Sequence record: DRR723986_6692
Length of the DNA stretch: 63,194 nucleotides
Direction: 5' to 3' (one strand)
In this document: piece after piece, positions 50,248 to 60,108 of the stretch
Position numbering within the stretch: position 1 is the first letter of the stretch
Layout: each line of letters starts with the position of its first letter
The notes under the pieces: generated by a model
The model's input: only the letters and a program-made list of their open reading frames with translations
Databases searched by the model: none
What the model was told of the DNA's origin: nothing
Translations under genes and position numbers: made by a program

Positions 50248-51396
50248 CTATTTGTGCGCGACAAGCTGTTCAAGCACGTTGAGATAAACCTCTGTCAGGG
50301 TTGAAATATCAGCCACGGCAACATTCTCGTCAATTTTATGCATCGTCGCACCAACAAGGCCAAATTCAACTACGGGGCACATGTTTTTGATAAAACGTGC
50401 GTCAGATGTACCGCCGGTGGTGGAAAGCTCAGGGGTTTTGCCCACCACTTTTTCCACGGCACCGACAACCGCATCAGAAAGCGGCCCTTTTTCGGTCAAA
50501 AAGCTGTCCCCAGATACCCACCAGTCAATGTCATATTCAACATTCGCCCGCTTCATTCTGCGAGTTAGTTCAGTTTGCAGACTTTCGGGCGTAAACTCAT
50601 TATTGAACCGCACATTAAAGCGTGCTTTGGCTTCCGCCGGGATAACATTGTGGCTGTCGTTACCAACATCAATGTTAACAATTTCAAGGTTTGACGCCTG
50701 AAATAAATCGTTGCCGCTATCTAATGGTTCTTTGTTCAATTCTGCCAGAACGGCAACCAGGTCCGGGATCGGGTTTTTGGCCACATGCGGGTACGCCACG
50801 TGTCCCTGAATGCCCTGCACTGTAAGCATACCGTGCAAGCTGCCGCGCCGACCAACTTTAATCATTTGACCCAGTTCGAGCGGGTTTGTTGGTTCGCCGA
50901 CCAAGCAATAATCGAGAGTTTCACCGCGTTCTTGCAGCCAATTTAGCACCTTTTTGGTGCCATTAACCGCAGGGCCTTCTTCATCACCTGTAATCAGTAA
51001 TGAGATTGAGCCGTTTGGGGTGTTACTCGCTAAAAACCGGCTGGTTGCAGCGACAAAAGCCGCGATGGCTGATTTCATGTCAGATGCGCCGCGGCCATAT
51101 AGGTTGCCGTCTTTTATGTCGGCGGCGAAAGGGTCAACACTCCAGTTATGCTCTGCCCCTACAGGCACAACATCTGTATGCCCGGCAAAACAAAAGTTAG
51201 GCACGGAATTGCCGAGGCGGGCATATAAATTGGGCACCGGGTCAGTGCCGTCTTCCTCAAAAACCAGTTTGTGACACTCAAAACCCAGCTCTGTTAGCTG
51301 ATCGGCCAACAGGTCAAGTGCGTCCCCCGTATCCGGCGTGACACTGGGGTGTCGGATCAACGCTTGCGACAGCTCTATGGGGTCAATCAACGCCAT
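50248..51396 (-). CDS. dapE: Succinyl-diaminopimelate desuccinylase
   Basis: FAGHTDVVP, GRGASDMK, GDEEG, GHVAYPH, GGTSDARF. Confidence 0.96.
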   Translation of the reverse strand: MALIDPIELSQALIRHPSVTPDTGDALDLLADQLTELGFECHKLVFEEDGTDPVPNLYARLGNSVPNFCFAGHTDVVPVGAEHNWSVDPFAADIKDGNLYGRGASDMKSAIAAFVAATSRFLASNTPNGSISLLITGDEEGPAVNGTKKVLNWLQERGETLDYCLVGEPTNPLELGQMIKVGRRGSLHGMLTVQGIQGHVAYPHVAKNPIPDLVAVLAELNKEPLDSGNDLFQASNLEIVNIDVGNDSHNVIPAEAKARFNVRFNNEFTPESLQTELTRRMKRANVEYDIDWWVSGDSFLTEKGPLSDAVVGAVEKVVGKTPELSTTGGTSDARFIKNMCPVVEFGLVGATMHKIDENVAVADISTLTEVYLNVLEQLVAHK

Positions 51397-51399
51397 GGT

Positions 51400-52245
51400 T
51401 TAGTCCCTGAGTAGGTCGTTTACAGATGTTTTCGCGCGTGTTTGCTCGTCCACTCGCTTAACGATAACCGCACAAGAGAGGCTAGGTCCAGGGGTGCCAT
51501 CAGGCAGTGGTTTGCCCGGTAAACTACCGGGTACAACAACACTGTAAGCCGGGACACGACCTCTGAAAACTTCGCCTGTGTTGCGGTCAATAATTTTAGT
51601 TGAAGCGGTGATGAACACGCCCATGGAAATCACGGAGCCTTCTTCAACAATGACGCCTTCAACAACTTCTGAACGGGCACCGATAAAGCAATTGTCTTCA
51701 ATAATTGTTGGGTTGGCTTGCAAAGGCTCCAATACGCCGCCAATGCCAGCACCGGCAGAAACATGAACATGTGCCCCCACCTGCGCGCAGCTGCCCACAC
51801 TTGCCCAAGTGTCAACCATAGTGCCTTCACCCACATGCGCTCCCAAATTCACAAATGACGGCATCAGCACCACGTCTTTTGAAATATAGGCAGAGCGGCG
51901 CACAATTGAGCCGGGTACAGCTCTAAAACCCGCAGCGCGGAAATTTTCCTCAGCCCATCCTTCAAATTTGCTGGGAACCTTGTCCCACCATGTGGTGTTC
52001 TGGCCAGGGCCGCCTTCAATTAAAGCCATATCGTTCAATTTGAATGACAGCAACACGGCCTTTTTTAACCACTGATGAACCTGCCACCCATCAGCTTCTT
52101 TGCTGGCAACCCGAAGAGTGCCGCTGTCCAGCAGGTTTAATGCTGTGTCCACAGCATCGCGCACTTCTCCTTTAGTATTGCTACTAATGGTGTCTCGTGC
52201 ATCAAATGCTTCGGATATTGTTGCTTCCAGTTGGGAATAGTCCAT
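51400..52245 (-). CDS. dapD: Tetrahydrodipicolinate N-succinyltransferase
   Basis: [32 protein letters not shown]. Confidence 0.97.
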   Translation of the reverse strand: MDYSQLEATISEAFDARDTISSNTKGEVRDAVDTALNLLDSGTLRVASKEADGWQVHQWLKKAVLLSFKLNDMALIEGGPGQNTTWWDKVPSKFEGWAEENFRAAGFRAVPGSIVRRSAYISKDVVLMPSFVNLGAHVGEGTMVDTWASVGSCAQVGAHVHVSAGAGIGGVLEPLQANPTIIEDNCFIGARSEVVEGVIVEEGSVISMGVFITASTKIIDRNTGEVFRGRVPAYSVVVPGSLPGKPLPDGTPGPSLSCAVIVKRVDEQTRAKTSVNDLLRD

Positions 52246-52309
52246 GTCAGAAACCTTTATTATGCGCCCTAAAAACTCAGGCGTGAATTGAGGGTCAAAA
52301 TTTTCGCAA

Positions 52310-52337
52310 ACAATAGCGTCACTGCTTTTGAAGTCAA
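52310..52337 (-). promoter_or_regulatory. Putative sigma70 promoter of dapD-dapE
   Basis: Minus strand TTGACT-N16-TATTGT. Confidence 0.45.
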
Positions 52338-52374
52338 TGCGACCCTTTAAGTGAATGGTTTACAGGCCAAATGC

Positions 52375-53100
52375 CTAGCTTTTCTTGTTATCGATATGGC
52401 CTTCAAGCCAGCTATTCAGGGTGTTGGTTTCAGCATGAACTTTAGTGGCGTCATAGTCTGCTTCGCCCCACACACTGCCGGTGTTAATCCAGACGGTGGC
52501 CATGCCTAGCTCGTGGGCGGGTATTAGGTTGCGAACCATATCTTCGAACATAATGGCGCGATTGGGGTCTACGCTGTGTCGTTTAAGAAACATATCATAC
52601 ACATGGGGTTTTGGCTTCGGGGCAAGTTCTGCGGCATGAATATCAAAAATATCCTCAAACAAGTCGCCGATGCCAAGCCGTTCAAGAACCTTTTCAGCGT
52701 ATGGTTGGTCTGCGTTGGTGAAAACAAGCTTTCTACCGTTAAGCGACTGCAGCATGCGTCGCAGGTTAGGGTCCTTTGCAATTGGTGACATGTCGATGTC
52801 ATGCACACTATCCAGATAATGATGCGGGTCTACATTATGGTTTGCCATTAGCCCGCCCAGCGTGGTGCCGTGTTCCAGCAAATACCCTTTTTGAATTTTT
52901 CGGGCTGCAGCGGGATCCAAGTTCAGGAAGTTTTGAACATATTCGCCAATTTTTACGTCTACTTGCGAAAACAGGTTGCTTTCAGCGGGGTATAATGTGT
53001 TGTCCAAGTCAAACACATAGACATCGCGGTTTTCATTAAATACCGCAAGGTCATGGTTACCAGTGTTTTGATGAGCGGTCTTGTTCAGCATATGGGTCAT
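52375..53100 (-). CDS. Pyrimidine 5'-nucleotidase (HAD family)
   Basis: VFDLDNTLYP, HGTTLGGL, FTNAD, PKP, MFEDMVRNL. Confidence 0.9.
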   Translation of the reverse strand: MTHMLNKTAHQNTGNHDLAVFNENRDVYVFDLDNTLYPAESNLFSQVDVKIGEYVQNFLNLDPAAARKIQKGYLLEHGTTLGGLMANHNVDPHHYLDSVHDIDMSPIAKDPNLRRMLQSLNGRKLVFTNADQPYAEKVLERLGIGDLFEDIFDIHAAELAPKPKPHVYDMFLKRHSVDPNRAIMFEDMVRNLIPAHELGMATVWINTGSVWGEADYDATKVHAETNTLNSWLEGHIDNKKS

Positions 53101-53149
53101 TTTCCGATTTTGCGTGATCTATTGAGCGGCGATTTAAATGATTGTCCCG

Positions 53150-53165
53150 TTAAAACAACTTTAAC
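53150..53165. promoter_or_regulatory. CtrA binding site
   Basis: TTAA-AACAACT-TTAAC, an exact TTAA-N7-TTAAC; flanks extend it to CCGTTAA-N7-TTAACGG. Confidence 0.75.
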
Positions 53166-53218
53166 GGTGTGGTCTTACCCTATGCATACGGTAGATTCCA
53201 GTTATGTGATCGGGGCAA

Positions 53219-54907
53219 ATGCTAAAACTAGGAAAAAAAGACAAAAATCAGGCGCCAAGTTTGGCGCAATCATCTGTTTGCGCCGTTTCAATTGAGCCGT
53301 CGGGCATCATTGTTGACACGAGCAGCAATGCCGCGCCGCTGGTGCAAGCTTGGGAGGACCAAGAGCCCGCTCTTGTTTCTCTGGTTGATGCTGTGAAAGT
53401 AAGCCGTTCCGTTGCAGAAGAGAGATTGACCCTGCCAGACGGTGCGCGTTTTTCGCTGACAGCTATCTATTTTGCCGAGCGGGTTATGGTCACGGCGCGT
53501 GATACAACCCTGTCCGACCAAATGACGGAAGCCCTGCTGCAAAGCCGCGTTATGTTAAAGGGGCTGTTAAAGCAAGCCGTAGATTTTTGCTTTGAGGTTG
53601 ATCAAAAAAGAGTGTTTCGCTTTGTATCGCCCAATGAAGCTTTTGGCCTGTCGCTTGAGGGTTGGATTGGCCGATCAGCTGATGATATTTTTTGGCCCAA
53701 TGGCAAGGTGCCGTCGCGCAATCCTTTTTCTGCAAAAAAGGCACAGACTTTTAAGGCTGTGCAAATTGACTTTGGCCAAAGCAAAGAAGACCAAACGAAT
53801 GAAAAATGTTGGGTTAGTTTTGAGGTTGAGCCAGTTTTGTCGCCTGACAATAAAGTTGTTGGGGTCCGGGGTATATGCCGCGACGTATCTGAGCGAGTGG
53901 CTATTGACCGCCAAACCCGCCTAGACAATTTACGCCTGAGTGTGCAACAGCGAATAGTCGGGCTAATCAATGAAACTGATACAGCGGAGACCTTGTTAGA
54001 TAGCGCCTCGAAAGAGCTTGTGGATGTGCTGCGTGCTGACATGGTTTGGGCGGTGGTTAAATTTCCTGAAGGCCTTGTTCCTGTCGCCATTTGCGGCAAA
54101 GCCCCGGTTGTTCCCAATATTGATGAAATATGGGAAAAATTGTCTATGGCTTCCAAGCCAACCCTTCAAATTCAAGATGAGGGCGGCGTCCATTTGGCGG
54201 TTCGCCTTGAAGAGGGCGGCATTGGTATCGGTATGTTTGTCATATGCCGTAATACAAATATGTATCCGTGGGCCGGCCATGAAAAGTCTTTGCTTACTGA
54301 CATTACGGGCTCTTTGTCAGCGGCTTTTGGTAAAGCGCAATTGATTAACAAGCTGCAACAGCTTTCTTCACTTGACGAGCTGACGGGTCTTATGAACCGT
54401 CGGGCCTTTGTAGACATGGTTGAACGGCGTTTGCATCACCAGTGCCGGTCTGGGCAGTCCGGGTGTTTGTTGTTCATTGATCTAGACCATTTCAAGGAAG
54501 TGAACGACTCGCTAGGGCATAAAGCGGGTGACAACGCGATTAAAATGGTAGCAGACACCATGCAAACTTTGGTGCGGTCCAGTGATTTTGTCGGCCGGTA
54601 TGGCGGCGATGAGTTTGTTGTTTGGCTTGAGGATATTTCATCGTCTGATGCGGCTGTTAAAGCGCGAGTTTTGATTGATGCTATGCCGGGAATTAGAGAG
54701 CAAATTGGCGCGGGCCATTTGAAACTGTCCGCATCTGTTGGGGTGTGCGCATCCACGCCGGGAATTGATCTGAAATTTGCTGAGTTGGCAGAGCGCGCCG
54801 ACGCAGCACTATATAATGTTAAAAGTGCTGGGCGCAGTAATGTAGCAATCGCCCCTGTAAGTATAAGCAATGAACCTAAAAAATTGATGGCTGGAGGGAC
54901 AGCGTAA
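53219..54907 (+). CDS. Sensor diguanylate cyclase (PAS/GAF-like + GGDEF)
   Basis: DELTGLMNRRAF, DLDHFKEVNDSLGHKAGD, RSSD I-site, GRYGGDEF; upstream PAS end GICRDVSER. Confidence 0.93.
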   Translation: MLKLGKKDKNQAPSLAQSSVCAVSIEPSGIIVDTSSNAAPLVQAWEDQEPALVSLVDAVKVSRSVAEERLTLPDGARFSLTAIYFAERVMVTARDTTLSDQMTEALLQSRVMLKGLLKQAVDFCFEVDQKRVFRFVSPNEAFGLSLEGWIGRSADDIFWPNGKVPSRNPFSAKKAQTFKAVQIDFGQSKEDQTNEKCWVSFEVEPVLSPDNKVVGVRGICRDVSERVAIDRQTRLDNLRLSVQQRIVGLINETDTAETLLDSASKELVDVLRADMVWAVVKFPEGLVPVAICGKAPVVPNIDEIWEKLSMASKPTLQIQDEGGVHLAVRLEEGGIGIGMFVICRNTNMYPWAGHEKSLLTDITGSLSAAFGKAQLINKLQQLSSLDELTGLMNRRAFVDMVERRLHHQCRSGQSGCLLFIDLDHFKEVNDSLGHKAGDNAIKMVADTMQTLVRSSDFVGRYGGDEFVVWLEDISSSDAAVKARVLIDAMPGIREQIGAGHLKLSASVGVCASTPGIDLKFAELAERADAALYNVKSAGRSNVAIAPVSISNEPKKLMAGGTA

Positions 54908-56172
54908 TGCTGCAAAAAATTAAAACCCTTTTCGGCGGTGAGAAACAGCTGCCAGAGACGTTAACAGTTGAAGACGAACAGAGTATTTTACAGGAAGGCA
55001 CCGAAGGCCAAAAAGAACAGTTGGCGGCCAGGGAAGATGCCCGTCCCGAAGTTTTGTATTTTTTGGCTGAAGACAGCTCAGCTTCCGTGCGCAGATTAAT
55101 CGCTGGCAATGCGTCAACGCCGATTCAGGCAGATGAAATATTAAAAAATGATACAGATGAGCATGTGCGCACTGAATTGGCTCGTAAAATTAGCCGCCTC
55201 GTGCCAGATATGGAGGCAACCGAGCAAATCAGCTTGCGTGATAAGTCCATCGGGATATTGGAAGAGCTGGCTCAAGACCAACTACCTAAAGTTCGCGCCA
55301 TGGTCGCCGAAGAAATTAAAGGTAGCTCGGCGGTGCCAAAGGAGCTGGTGGATAAACTGGCCCGAGATATCGAAGATATTGTGTGCGGCCCTATTCTACA
55401 ATATTCGCCGTTGCTTAACGATGTTGACCTGCGAGAAATCATTGCGGCTGGTAGCAGTTCTGTTGCGCTAGAAGCCATTGCCAGCCGCGAAACAGTATCA
55501 GAAGAGGTGTCGGCTGATATTGCGGGCACGCTGGATATACCGGCTGTTTCTGCCCTTTTAACCAATCAGAATGCGCAAATTCGTGAAGAAACACTCGACC
55601 AAATAATTTCTCAGGGCGAAAGCGTTGAAAGTTTGCACCGGCCCCTGTCTCTGCGCCCACAACTTTCAACGCGTGCAATGAAGCGAATTAGCGGCTTTGT
55701 TGCGTCTGCCTTGGTAAATGCCATGATAGATCGAAATGAAATGCCGGAGGATTTGGCAGAAGAGCTTTTGGAAAAAATTCGTCATCGTCAGGTGGAAGAA
55801 CGCAACGAAGAAGTAGAACGCGCGAAACTTGCAGCGCAAGCACAGGACTATTTCGAACGAGGCATGCTGGATGATAAGTTTGTATTGCATCAAATTGACC
55901 AGAACAGGCGTGAATTATTGATGCAAAGCCTAGCTGTGATGGCGGATTTGGCGGTGGATATTGTCCGACAGGTTATGAAATCCAATAGTGGCCGTGCCGT
56001 AACGGCTTTATGCTGGAAAGCAGGCCTGAAAATGCGCACGGCTTATGCTATGCAAACGCGGTTCGCGCTCGTGCCAACAGCGCATCTTTTGTCTGCAAAG
56101 GATGGCACGAAATACCCGATAGACGAGAATGAACTAGAGTGGCATTTGAGTTATTTTACCGATCAGGATTAG
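54907..56172 (+). CDS. DUF2336 domain protein (HEAT-like repeats)
   Basis: LARDIEDIVCGPILQYSPLLNDVDL, AIASRETVS, LLTNQNAQI, ALCWKAGL; TAATG coupling to the DGC. Confidence 0.82.
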   Translation: MLQKIKTLFGGEKQLPETLTVEDEQSILQEGTEGQKEQLAAREDARPEVLYFLAEDSSASVRRLIAGNASTPIQADEILKNDTDEHVRTELARKISRLVPDMEATEQISLRDKSIGILEELAQDQLPKVRAMVAEEIKGSSAVPKELVDKLARDIEDIVCGPILQYSPLLNDVDLREIIAAGSSSVALEAIASRETVSEEVSADIAGTLDIPAVSALLTNQNAQIREETLDQIISQGESVESLHRPLSLRPQLSTRAMKRISGFVASALVNAMIDRNEMPEDLAEELLEKIRHRQVEERNEEVERAKLAAQAQDYFERGMLDDKFVLHQIDQNRRELLMQSLAVMADLAVDIVRQVMKSNSGRAVTALCWKAGLKMRTAYAMQTRFALVPTAHLLSAKDGTKYPIDENELEWHLSYFTDQD

Positions 56173-56196
56173 TGACTGTATCCTTAAAAGTGTTGA

Positions 56197-57111
56197 TTAG
56201 GCTGCTGCTTTCCCTCTGATCAGGGTGCCGGCTCCGCGCTCGGTGAAAAGCTCAAGCAAAATAGCGTGAGTCACGCGGCCATCCAAGATGACCGCACCAC
56301 GAACACCTTCTTTAACAGCGTGTAGGCATGTTTCAACTTTCGGGATCATGCCGCCGGTAATGGTGCCATCAGACTGCAGCTTAGCGATATCGTCTGCTGT
56401 GAGTTCCGCTATCATATTCCCGTCTTTATCAAGAACGCCGGGTACGTCAGTAAGAAGCACGAAACGCCGGGCTTTTAGTGCACCTGCAATGGCGCCAGCC
56501 ATCGTGTCAGCGTTAATGTTATAGGTGTTGCCGTCTTCGCCTGATGCAATAGGGGAAATTACCGGAATAATGCCGTTAGTGATACTTTGAGTAATGATGG
56601 TTGGGTCAACAAGTGCCGGCTCGCCGACAAAACCAAGGTCAATTGCTTTTTCGATGTTTGAATCCGGGTCAGGTTTGTTGCGCTCAACCTTCCGCGCTGT
56701 GACAAGCGAACTGTCCTTTCCGGACAGGCCAATTGCACGTGCCCCGACGCTACTCAGGTCCGCAACGATGGACTTGCATATAGAGCCGCATAAAACCATT
56801 TCTGCAACTTCCACTGTTGCCTTACTGGTAACCCTAAGCCCATCTATAAACTCGCTTTCAATAGCGAGACGGCTTAGCATTTCACCAATTTGCGGGCCGC
56901 CGCCATGCACAATCACCGGGTTGATGCCGACTTGGCGGAGAAGGGCAATGTCAGCAGCGAACTGGCGGGCTAATTTGGCGTCGCCCATGGCGTGACCACC
57001 ATATTTTATGACAAAAGTTTCGCCACTGTATTTGCGCATATACGGCAACGCTTCCACCAGTGTGGCAGCTTTTTTTTGTAGTTTTTTCTGTTGTTTTTCC
57101 ACGGCGAGCAT
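56197..57111 (-). CDS. argB: Acetylglutamate kinase
   Basis: [30 protein letters not shown]. Confidence 0.97.
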   Translation of the reverse strand: MLAVEKQQKKLQKKAATLVEALPYMRKYSGETFVIKYGGHAMGDAKLARQFAADIALLRQVGINPVIVHGGGPQIGEMLSRLAIESEFIDGLRVTSKATVEVAEMVLCGSICKSIVADLSSVGARAIGLSGKDSSLVTARKVERNKPDPDSNIEKAIDLGFVGEPALVDPTIITQSITNGIIPVISPIASGEDGNTYNINADTMAGAIAGALKARRFVLLTDVPGVLDKDGNMIAELTADDIAKLQSDGTITGGMIPKVETCLHAVKEGVRGAVILDGRVTHAILLELFTERGAGTLIRGKAAA

Positions 57112-57159
57112 GTTCCAGCACTTGAATTTGATATAAAGTTCTTGGGCTATTAGCCGTGA

Positions 57160-57879
57160 CTAGTCAAATCGGTATCCACCAAAGTGAGTGGGGCGCTCGT
57201 CGTATAGCATGACACCGAGCGCAAGAAAAAGCTGCCCCAAATAGTAGGGTATCCAAACACTTAAAGACCCGCCTAAGTTCACATCGAGAAATGTTTGCGC
57301 GCCCAAAATAGAATCCGAAATGAGAAACAAAACGGCCCCTGAACCTACCAGTTTAATGGGTAGCCTACTCAACAAAGCCGTGATTGTCATGAGGGTCAAC
57401 ACGCAGCTATAGGCAATGACAGGTATTAGCATGGACCCCAAGTTACCGTTATAAAGCAGGAAAACGCCAATCCCGGCGGCGGCCAGTATTAGGCCACTAA
57501 TCTGCAGCCGGGGACTGGAGATATCTTCAAAGGGAAGGCGATTTTTGACAAATAAGCCCACATAAAAAACATGGGCCACAAAAAATGCCAGCAGGCCGCG
57601 CAGGAAACTGTCCTCACCCGGAAGAGCCAATAGAACATCGCCGAGCACAGAGGCTGTAAGCGCAAGAAGCAATAATAAATGGTTGGTAGATTGCGATGTA
57701 ACCAAAACAAACAGAATGAGAAAACTCACCGCACTTGCTTTGGCCATAACTTGCCACAACAAGCCTTCAGGGTACCAGCCACCACCATAAAGCACAGCGC
57801 CAACAAACGACAGAAACACCATTGTTTGTCCAATGGCCTCTACAATCGGTTGTTTGCGACGGTGGAAAATGCGTGCCAA
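57160..57879 (-). CDS. YhhN/lysoplasmalogenase family membrane protein
   Basis: SVLGDVLL, GLLAFFVAHVFY, YS, GAVLFLISDSIL, YYLGQ. Confidence 0.88.
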   Translation of the reverse strand: MARIFHRRKQPIVEAIGQTMVFLSFVGAVLYGGGWYPEGLLWQVMAKASAVSFLILFVLVTSQSTNHLLLLLALTASVLGDVLLALPGEDSFLRGLLAFFVAHVFYVGLFVKNRLPFEDISSPRLQISGLILAAAGIGVFLLYNGNLGSMLIPVIAYSCVLTLMTITALLSRLPIKLVGSGAVLFLISDSILGAQTFLDVNLGGSLSVWIPYYLGQLFLALGVMLYDERPTHFGGYRFD

Positions 57880-58005
57880 CTCAACTCCCCTTTAGACCCA
57901 GTATAATCGCGGTTGGGCAAATGCCTCAAGTCTTTGATTCAAATGTATCTATCTTAACGCTTTTGATCACATATTTATCTCGGCGGATTTACTTAGAAGC
58001 CGCCT

Positions 58006-59304
58006 TTATAGGTCATGCTGCAGCCGACCAATAATAGGGATAAAAAGTAAGTTAGCGGCACCCGTTAATAATAAAACCTGCGGCGATGAAACACCTGCGC
58101 CTATTAGGGCCGCCGCAACAAGGGAGCCTACAGCCATGAAACCGCTGTTGACAATGTTGGCAGCAGCCATGGTGCGTGAACGTTCTTGTCTGTCTGTCCT
58201 GTCCTGAAGAATGGCATAGAGCGGTACGATGACAATGCCCGCCCCTATGGCAATGCCAATCATCAGCAGCGTGATCATGATGTTGGTAGGAGATTGTAAA
58301 AAGGCGCTAAGTCCAACCACGGTGTTTACGGGGGCAGATGCTGGCAACAAGAAAACCATGGCAGCGGCCATAACAGCTAGCGCCCAAAGCGCAGGCCTGG
58401 CCAATTTGGCCGAGATAACCCCTTTAAGTAGCTTGCTGCATATTAGTGACCCGGCACCAATGCCCAACGAAAAGCAGGCCATGAACAGTGTAACAATTTG
58501 CTCGTCGCCCCCTAAACGGTTCTTAACAATGTCCGGGATTTGCGCAATGAAAATTGTACCCAAAAGCCATATCCAGCTAATGCCGATGATGGCGCGCCGG
58601 CTAATATCTTTTGACCAGCTTGACTTAAGAAGCTGACCTGTTGATGCAAAAATATTTGCTTTGATGGCAAGGTTGGGGGCGGCTTGTCCGGTTTTGGGTA
58701 CCATGCGCCCTGTTAGCGTGCCTATAACGGCGATCCCAATCATGAAGGCAGATACCTGCGTTAAACCGCCTTCACTTAATACCAACATGCCGCCGATAAC
58801 CAGGCCTAGAAGAATGGCTACAAATGTTGCTGCCTCAACCAGCGCGTTGGCTGACAATAATTCTTCTCGTTTCATCAGGTCTGGCAAAATGCCGTATTTA
58901 ATCGGCCCAAAAAATGTTGACTGTAAGCCAAGCCCCGCAAGCACAATAATCATCAGAGGCAAGCTTTCTGAATAGAAAGCAAAAGCACCAACGATCATCA
59001 GAATAATTTCCCAAAGTTTTATCCAAACGATCTGGTTGGACTTTTCGAACTTGTCTGCAAGTTGACCCGCCAGCGCGGAAAAAAGAAAGAAAGGCAAAAT
59101 AAACAGGCCAACAGCCAGATTTGTTAATACTGCTGGCGGCGTGGCTAACTGCTCGGCAAACTGAAAAGTGATTAAAATAATCACAGCTTGACGGAAGATA
59201 TTATCGTTAAAAGCGCCTAAGAATTGGGTCAAAAACAACGGTAAAAACCGCTTGGTCAAAAGGAAGTGTTTTTGTTTTTCTGCCACGCTGTTGTTATTCC
59301 CCAA
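58006..59304 (-). CDS. MFS transporter similar to the MFS domain of Aas fusions / LplT
   Basis: RFLPLFLTQFLGAFNDN, LFILPFFLFSALAGQLAD, FFGPIKYGILP, VPLYAILQ. Confidence 0.88.
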   Translation of the reverse strand: MGNNNSVAEKQKHFLLTKRFLPLFLTQFLGAFNDNIFRQAVIILITFQFAEQLATPPAVLTNLAVGLFILPFFLFSALAGQLADKFEKSNQIVWIKLWEIILMIVGAFAFYSESLPLMIIVLAGLGLQSTFFGPIKYGILPDLMKREELLSANALVEAATFVAILLGLVIGGMLVLSEGGLTQVSAFMIGIAVIGTLTGRMVPKTGQAAPNLAIKANIFASTGQLLKSSWSKDISRRAIIGISWIWLLGTIFIAQIPDIVKNRLGGDEQIVTLFMACFSLGIGAGSLICSKLLKGVISAKLARPALWALAVMAAAMVFLLPASAPVNTVVGLSAFLQSPTNIMITLLMIGIAIGAGIVIVPLYAILQDRTDRQERSRTMAAANIVNSGFMAVGSLVAAALIGAGVSSPQVLLLTGAANLLFIPIIGRLQHDL

Positions 59305-59307
59305 AAG

Positions 59308-59934
59308 TTACTCTGCCGCCGCATGCGTGTGCGACAATTCGTGGCGAGCTTGGCGAATAATCGCAAAAGCACCGCTTAAGAATAATGAGGCCATAAGCCC
59401 TGCCACAATAAGGTCTGGCCAGCCGGTGCCAGAAAGCCAAACGCCAGAGGCGGCAATCATAACCATAACATTGCCTATCGCATCATTGCGGCTGCATAGC
59501 CACACGGACCGCACATTGGCGTCACCGTCTTTGAACCGCATCAGGAGCAGAACACTGATGACATTGGCTGCAAGGGCTGCAAAGCCCACAGAGCCCATTA
59601 TCATGGCGGTAGGCGCCTGCATGTAAAAAACCGAATATAGCGTTGAGCCCAGAACCCAAAGCCCCATTGCTGCAAGGCTGAAGCCTTTCAATAGCGCCAC
59701 TTTGGCTCGCAGCGTTGCGGTTTTACCAATTACTGCTAGAGAGATTGCATAGGTAAGTGTGTCGCCTAAAAAATCGAGGGCATCTGCTTTTAAGGCTTGT
59801 GATTGGCCAACAAAGCCCATGGGCATTTCGACCAGAAACATAAGGGCATTAATTGCAATCACGATGAGCAACACACGCTTGTACGCAGGGTCAACCCCAT
59901 CAAATTTTATGTCATTGCAGCAATTCGCGCCCAT
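59308..59934 (-). CDS. Cation efflux (CDF-like, no C-terminal domain) transporter
   Basis: N-terminal CC, LKADALDFLGD, RSVWLCSRNDAIGN, WPDL. Confidence 0.88.
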   Translation of the reverse strand: MGANCCNDIKFDGVDPAYKRVLLIVIAINALMFLVEMPMGFVGQSQALKADALDFLGDTLTYAISLAVIGKTATLRAKVALLKGFSLAAMGLWVLGSTLYSVFYMQAPTAMIMGSVGFAALAANVISVLLLMRFKDGDANVRSVWLCSRNDAIGNVMVMIAASGVWLSGTGWPDLIVAGLMASLFLSGAFAIIRQARHELSHTHAAAE

Positions 59935-60108
59935 TTGTCGTACTCTAGCTTTCTGTAATGGCCTCCAAAAAAGGTCATGTTTCTGTTTGGCCCATTTGAC
60001 GCAGGTGGCGCAACCTCAAAATGAACTATGTTATTGCAAATTAATGTATGCAAAAAGCATTGTACTGGCCAAATATATGGCTGAATCGATATAATAGACC
60101 CAAAGTTT

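Noticed and set aside
57934..57980. FNR/FixK-like TTGAT half-sites upstream of the yhhN gene
   Set aside because: The second half-site ATCAA is not present at N4 spacing.
59996..60022. Imperfect palindrome AGGTGGCGCAACCT upstream of the cation transporter as a MerR metal-sensor operator
   Set aside because: It does not match CadR/ZntR/CueR-type boxes, has no properly spaced -10, and no adjacent metal-sensing MerR gene.
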